This document shows positions 63,153-64,000 of a DNA stretch of 64,000 nt, piece by piece. The position numbers and the translations under genes are program-made. How positions within the stretch are numbered: position 1 is the first letter of the stretch; every line of letters starts with the position of its first letter. Source of the stretch: Lepidodermella squamata (taxonomy: Eukaryota; Animalia; Gastrotricha); NCBI GenBank assembly GCA_047495785.1, contig JBLDXI010000013.1, positions 1,178,001 to 1,242,000 of the forward strand. The letters are read 5' to 3'. A model generated the notes under the pieces. That model was not told where the DNA came from and searched no databases. It saw only the letters and a list, made by a program, of their open reading frames with translations.

Positions 63153-64000
63153 CTAGAAGAGAATAAGAGAAAAGGTTGTCAAATCACGTCTAGTTAATCC
63201 TAAAATCCTCCTACGTAAACAGAGGCGGGTTCTAGAGAACAAAAATCTATTCCGGACAACAAAGAAGAGACGGGGTTTTAAAATCAGCCTGGTAATTCGC
63301 TAAGCCGACTAAAATTGGCCGCGTACGTGTCTCTCGTAAATCTCGAAACAAAACCGGGTCGAACAAGTGTACCAATGTATTATTAATACGAGCGCAGAAA
63401 TATGATGATGTATGGAGGAATTAAAGCACGAGCCTTGTGAATGCAAACATAAAAGTACTTGGTGCTTATTATGGCTTGCGTGTGCCAGACTGGGCGTAAT
63501 GTCGAGTCGAGGCAGGCACGTTAGGACGAGGTTAGCCTATACGTAGGATACGTAGGCAGAGCCCACAGACACAAACGGGCTCCCTGCTGCTCAGCTCGCG
63601 CTGCCTCGCGAATTTGTGTTATGCAAGTGGTGGGGTGATGAAAGCGCGCACGCACGCAGCTGTAGAACTGTAAATTACCTACAACGGTCCACTTGAACCG
63701 AAGACGGCAGCGGCATGCAGCGCGTCCTTTAATCTTCGCCCCGATCGCCCTGCCACTGGGGATAGCGAGCCGTCGGTATCATTGCGCTCTCAAAAAGCCA
63801 CACCGATAAATGAAGAGGCGTTTAACAAACTACTGGTGTCACGTCAAAACACGCCGAGTTATCGCATAGCTCCTGGCGCCTGGATTCAAAATGCAGCGGG
63901 TGGTATGAGTAACAAGCAATAAACGACCGTTAGATAAGAGAGGACGATTTTTTATTAGCCGTTATTTACGCGCTTGCCTATAATAATTTTGAAATAAATG

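Noticed and set aside
63679-63717. Candidate first exon (MPLPSSVQVDRC) of NCKAP5-like gene
   Set aside because: Splice phase is incompatible with the phase-0 acceptor at 63152.
1-64000. CRISPR arrays, rRNA, prokaryotic operons or defence systems, autonomous transposase/RT
   Set aside because: No regularly spaced repeats, rRNA signatures or transposase/RT motifs seen; the genes are spliced eukaryotic genes.

Overview
This is eukaryotic (metazoan) genomic DNA from a very compact, gene-dense genome. Most GT-AG introns are about 45-60 bp, so the supplied ORF track breaks genes apart; I rebuilt gene models by hand from splice sites. A KIAA2012-like gene hints at a ciliated invertebrate, possibly a small spiralian (inference). 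The window holds about 22 protein-coding genes: a 6-EC atypical cadherin; six divergent tetraspanins in two arrays; a secreted PAN/C-type-lectin/kringle mosaic tail-to-tail with a CD109-like thioester protein; an FRS2-like adaptor; four tandem sigma-like GSTs; four fucosyltransferase-superfamily type II proteins; a secreted triple Ly6/uPAR protein; an orphan gene; GMPPA; a KIAA2012-like gene; and the 3' part of an NCKAP5-like gene. Several MITE/foldback elements lie in the intergenic DNA, one carrying a tRNA-like Pol III unit. Best candidate for a novel system: three tandem fucosyltransferase-like genes whose N-terminal luminal domain looks like a degenerate GT6 (ABO/alpha-1,3-GalT) domain. 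They lie near GMPPA and a fourth fucosyltransferase with a huge repetitive stem. Second candidate: a C-type lectin domain apparently split by an inserted PAN-PAN-CTLD-kringle block bounded by phase-1 introns. All family calls come from motif recognition by eye; no database search was run.
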